Below, one piece after another: positions 50,152 to 54,007 of a stretch of DNA of 54,007 nt. Source of the DNA: Acidobacteriota bacterium (GTDB taxonomy: Bacteria > Acidobacteriota > Vicinamibacteria > Vicinamibacterales > UBA2999); the NCBI GenBank assembly GCA_031404695.1, contig JANNIB010000313.1, forward strand, positions 1-54,007, written 5' to 3'. The first letter of the stretch is position 1. Each line of letters starts with the position of its first letter. A model generated the notes under the pieces. It worked only from the letters and a program-made list of their open reading frames with translations, did not search any database and was not told the origin of the DNA. Position numbers and translations under genes: made by a program.

Positions 50152-50379
50152 CGTCCTGCGGGCTTCAGGAATCGTGCCAGACCGCGGTCCCACGCAGTTA
50201 TGGGCCGTAGCGTGTCAGGCAGACGCCGAAATTGTGCGTGGCGGCGAAACTATGGAGGCTGACGACAAGAATTGCTGTCGGCCGGATGACAGCCGCATGA
50301 GGGCGGGCGGCAGCGACCCGGCAGTTGCACGTCGTTGCCCATCGGCGGGAGGTCTGCGCTACCATCAATGGTTCCGCCC

Positions 50380-53283
<2,904 letters not shown>

Positions 53284-53295
53284 GCGGCGCCGGCC

Positions 53296-54006
53296 GTGAG
53301 GCCTGACCGCCCGCACGCCGTGGTGATGTCGTCGCGCAGCGAGCGCGTGCTCTCCGCCGGCTTCTACGCTCGGCCGACGCTGGTGGTGGCCCGTGAGATC
53401 CTGGGCGCGACGCTCGTGCACGAGACGCCCGAGGGCCTCGTGGCGGGGCGGATCGTCGAGGTCGAGGCCTATATCGGCGAGTCGGATCCCGGCTGCCATG
53501 CCGCCGCCGGCATGACGCCGCGCAACCAGCCCCTCTACGAGGCGCCGGGTCAGGCGTACGTGTATCTCAACTACGGTGTCCATTGTCTGCTGAACGCGGT
53601 GACCGAGGCGCCGGGCGTTCCCGCGGCGGTGCTGCTGCGGGCCGTCGAGCCGCTCGAAGGCTTCGCGCTCATGCGGCGCCGGCGCACCCGTGACGGCCAG
53701 ACGCCGCCGGCCGACATGGCGCTTTGTCGCGGTCCCGGCAACCTCGCCAGGGCGTTCGGCATCGACCTGACGCACAACCGCGCGCCGCTCGACGGCGGCG
53801 CGCTGCGCATCGTGGTCGGCGCGGCCCCGGCGGCCGACGTGCAGTGGACGCGCCGCATCGGGCTGTCGCGGGGCGGCGATCGCTACTGGCGGCCGATCGC
53901 GACGGGGAGCGCCGCGGTGTCGGGCGCGCGCCGCTGGAATGCCGACCGGCGCATGGCGCCGTGGCCCGGGCGGGCGACAGCGCGCGTCGGGCCGCGCGGC
54001 GGCTAG
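53296..54006 (+). CDS. mpg: DNA-3-methyladenine glycosylase (Mpg/AAG family) with an Arg/Gly-rich C-terminal tail
   Basis: ARPTLVVAREILGATLVH...GRIVEVEAYIGESDPGCHAA...YVYLNYGVHCLLNAVTE...GPGNLARAFGID is the AAG-family core. Confidence 0.9.
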   Translation: MRPDRPHAVVMSSRSERVLSAGFYARPTLVVAREILGATLVHETPEGLVAGRIVEVEAYIGESDPGCHAAAGMTPRNQPLYEAPGQAYVYLNYGVHCLLNAVTEAPGVPAAVLLRAVEPLEGFALMRRRRTRDGQTPPADMALCRGPGNLARAFGIDLTHNRAPLDGGALRIVVGAAPAADVQWTRRIGLSRGGDRYWRPIATGSAAVSGARRWNADRRMAPWPGRATARVGPRGG

Positions 54007-54007
54007 C

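Noticed and set aside
50162-50179. A TGGCACG -24-like element on the minus strand upstream of the receiver gene.
   Set aside because: The -12 position reads CTGAA, with GA instead of the invariant GC. The site would lie inside the gene if the GTG at 50193 is the true start.
50361-50372. The inverted repeat ACCAT-CA-ATGGT just upstream of the uvrA start, considered as a possible SOS/LexA-type operator.
   Set aside because: The arms are short, at 5 bp. It does not match any LexA box consensus I can recall for a defined lineage. It overlaps an alternative in-frame ATG at 50368. It cannot be supported without other SOS promoters from the same genome.

Overview
This is a very GC-rich bacterial chromosomal window, judged by eye from near-saturated G/C third codon positions. 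It is dominated by a late-flagellar and flagellin-glycosylation supercluster. All family calls come from reading motifs in the supplied translations; no database or HMM search was run.

Gene order:
1. flgJ(M23)-flgM-flgN-flgK-flgL-fliW-csrA-GNAT lie on the + strand. A flagellin gene, fliD, fliS and a fliT-like ORF converge on them from the - strand.
2. A ~31 kb glycosylation island runs from 8.8 to 39.8 kb. It forms three long + strand operons whose genes are mostly joined by ATGA/GTGA/TGATG start-stop overlaps.
   - The island holds an Sps/Pse-type nonulosonic-acid core: aminotransferase, PseG/SpsG-like hydrolase, NeuB-type synthase, SpsF-type cytidylyltransferase and CapD-type dehydratase.
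   - It also holds two Maf (DUF115) proteins, six glycosyltransferases and four methyltransferase domains.
   - Other members are a radical-SAM enzyme, an ATP-grasp ligase, a HAD hydrolase, WbqC, AsnB and a pyruvyl-transferase-like fusion.
   - Two unexpected passengers sit inside it: a complete motA/motB stator pair and a REC-GGDEF-EAL protein.
3. A second, E. coli-like motAB pair follows. After it comes a c-di-GMP module: a degenerate hybrid histidine kinase, a GGDEF protein and a REC-HD-GYP protein.
4. The window ends with two envelope proteins, tRNA-Thr(CGU), a PAS-GGDEF-EAL gene plus a receiver gene, uvrA and a 3-methyladenine glycosylase.

I read four sigma-28-type and three to four sigma-54-type promoter matches in the few intergenic gaps. 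The flagellin leader also carries GGA motifs consistent with a FliW-CsrA partner switch.

I saw no CRISPR array, transposase, integrase or phage genes.

The most unusual features are the wiring of stator genes and c-di-GMP enzymes into flagellin-glycan operons, and the sigma-28-driven pseudo-kinase/GGDEF/HD-GYP operon.
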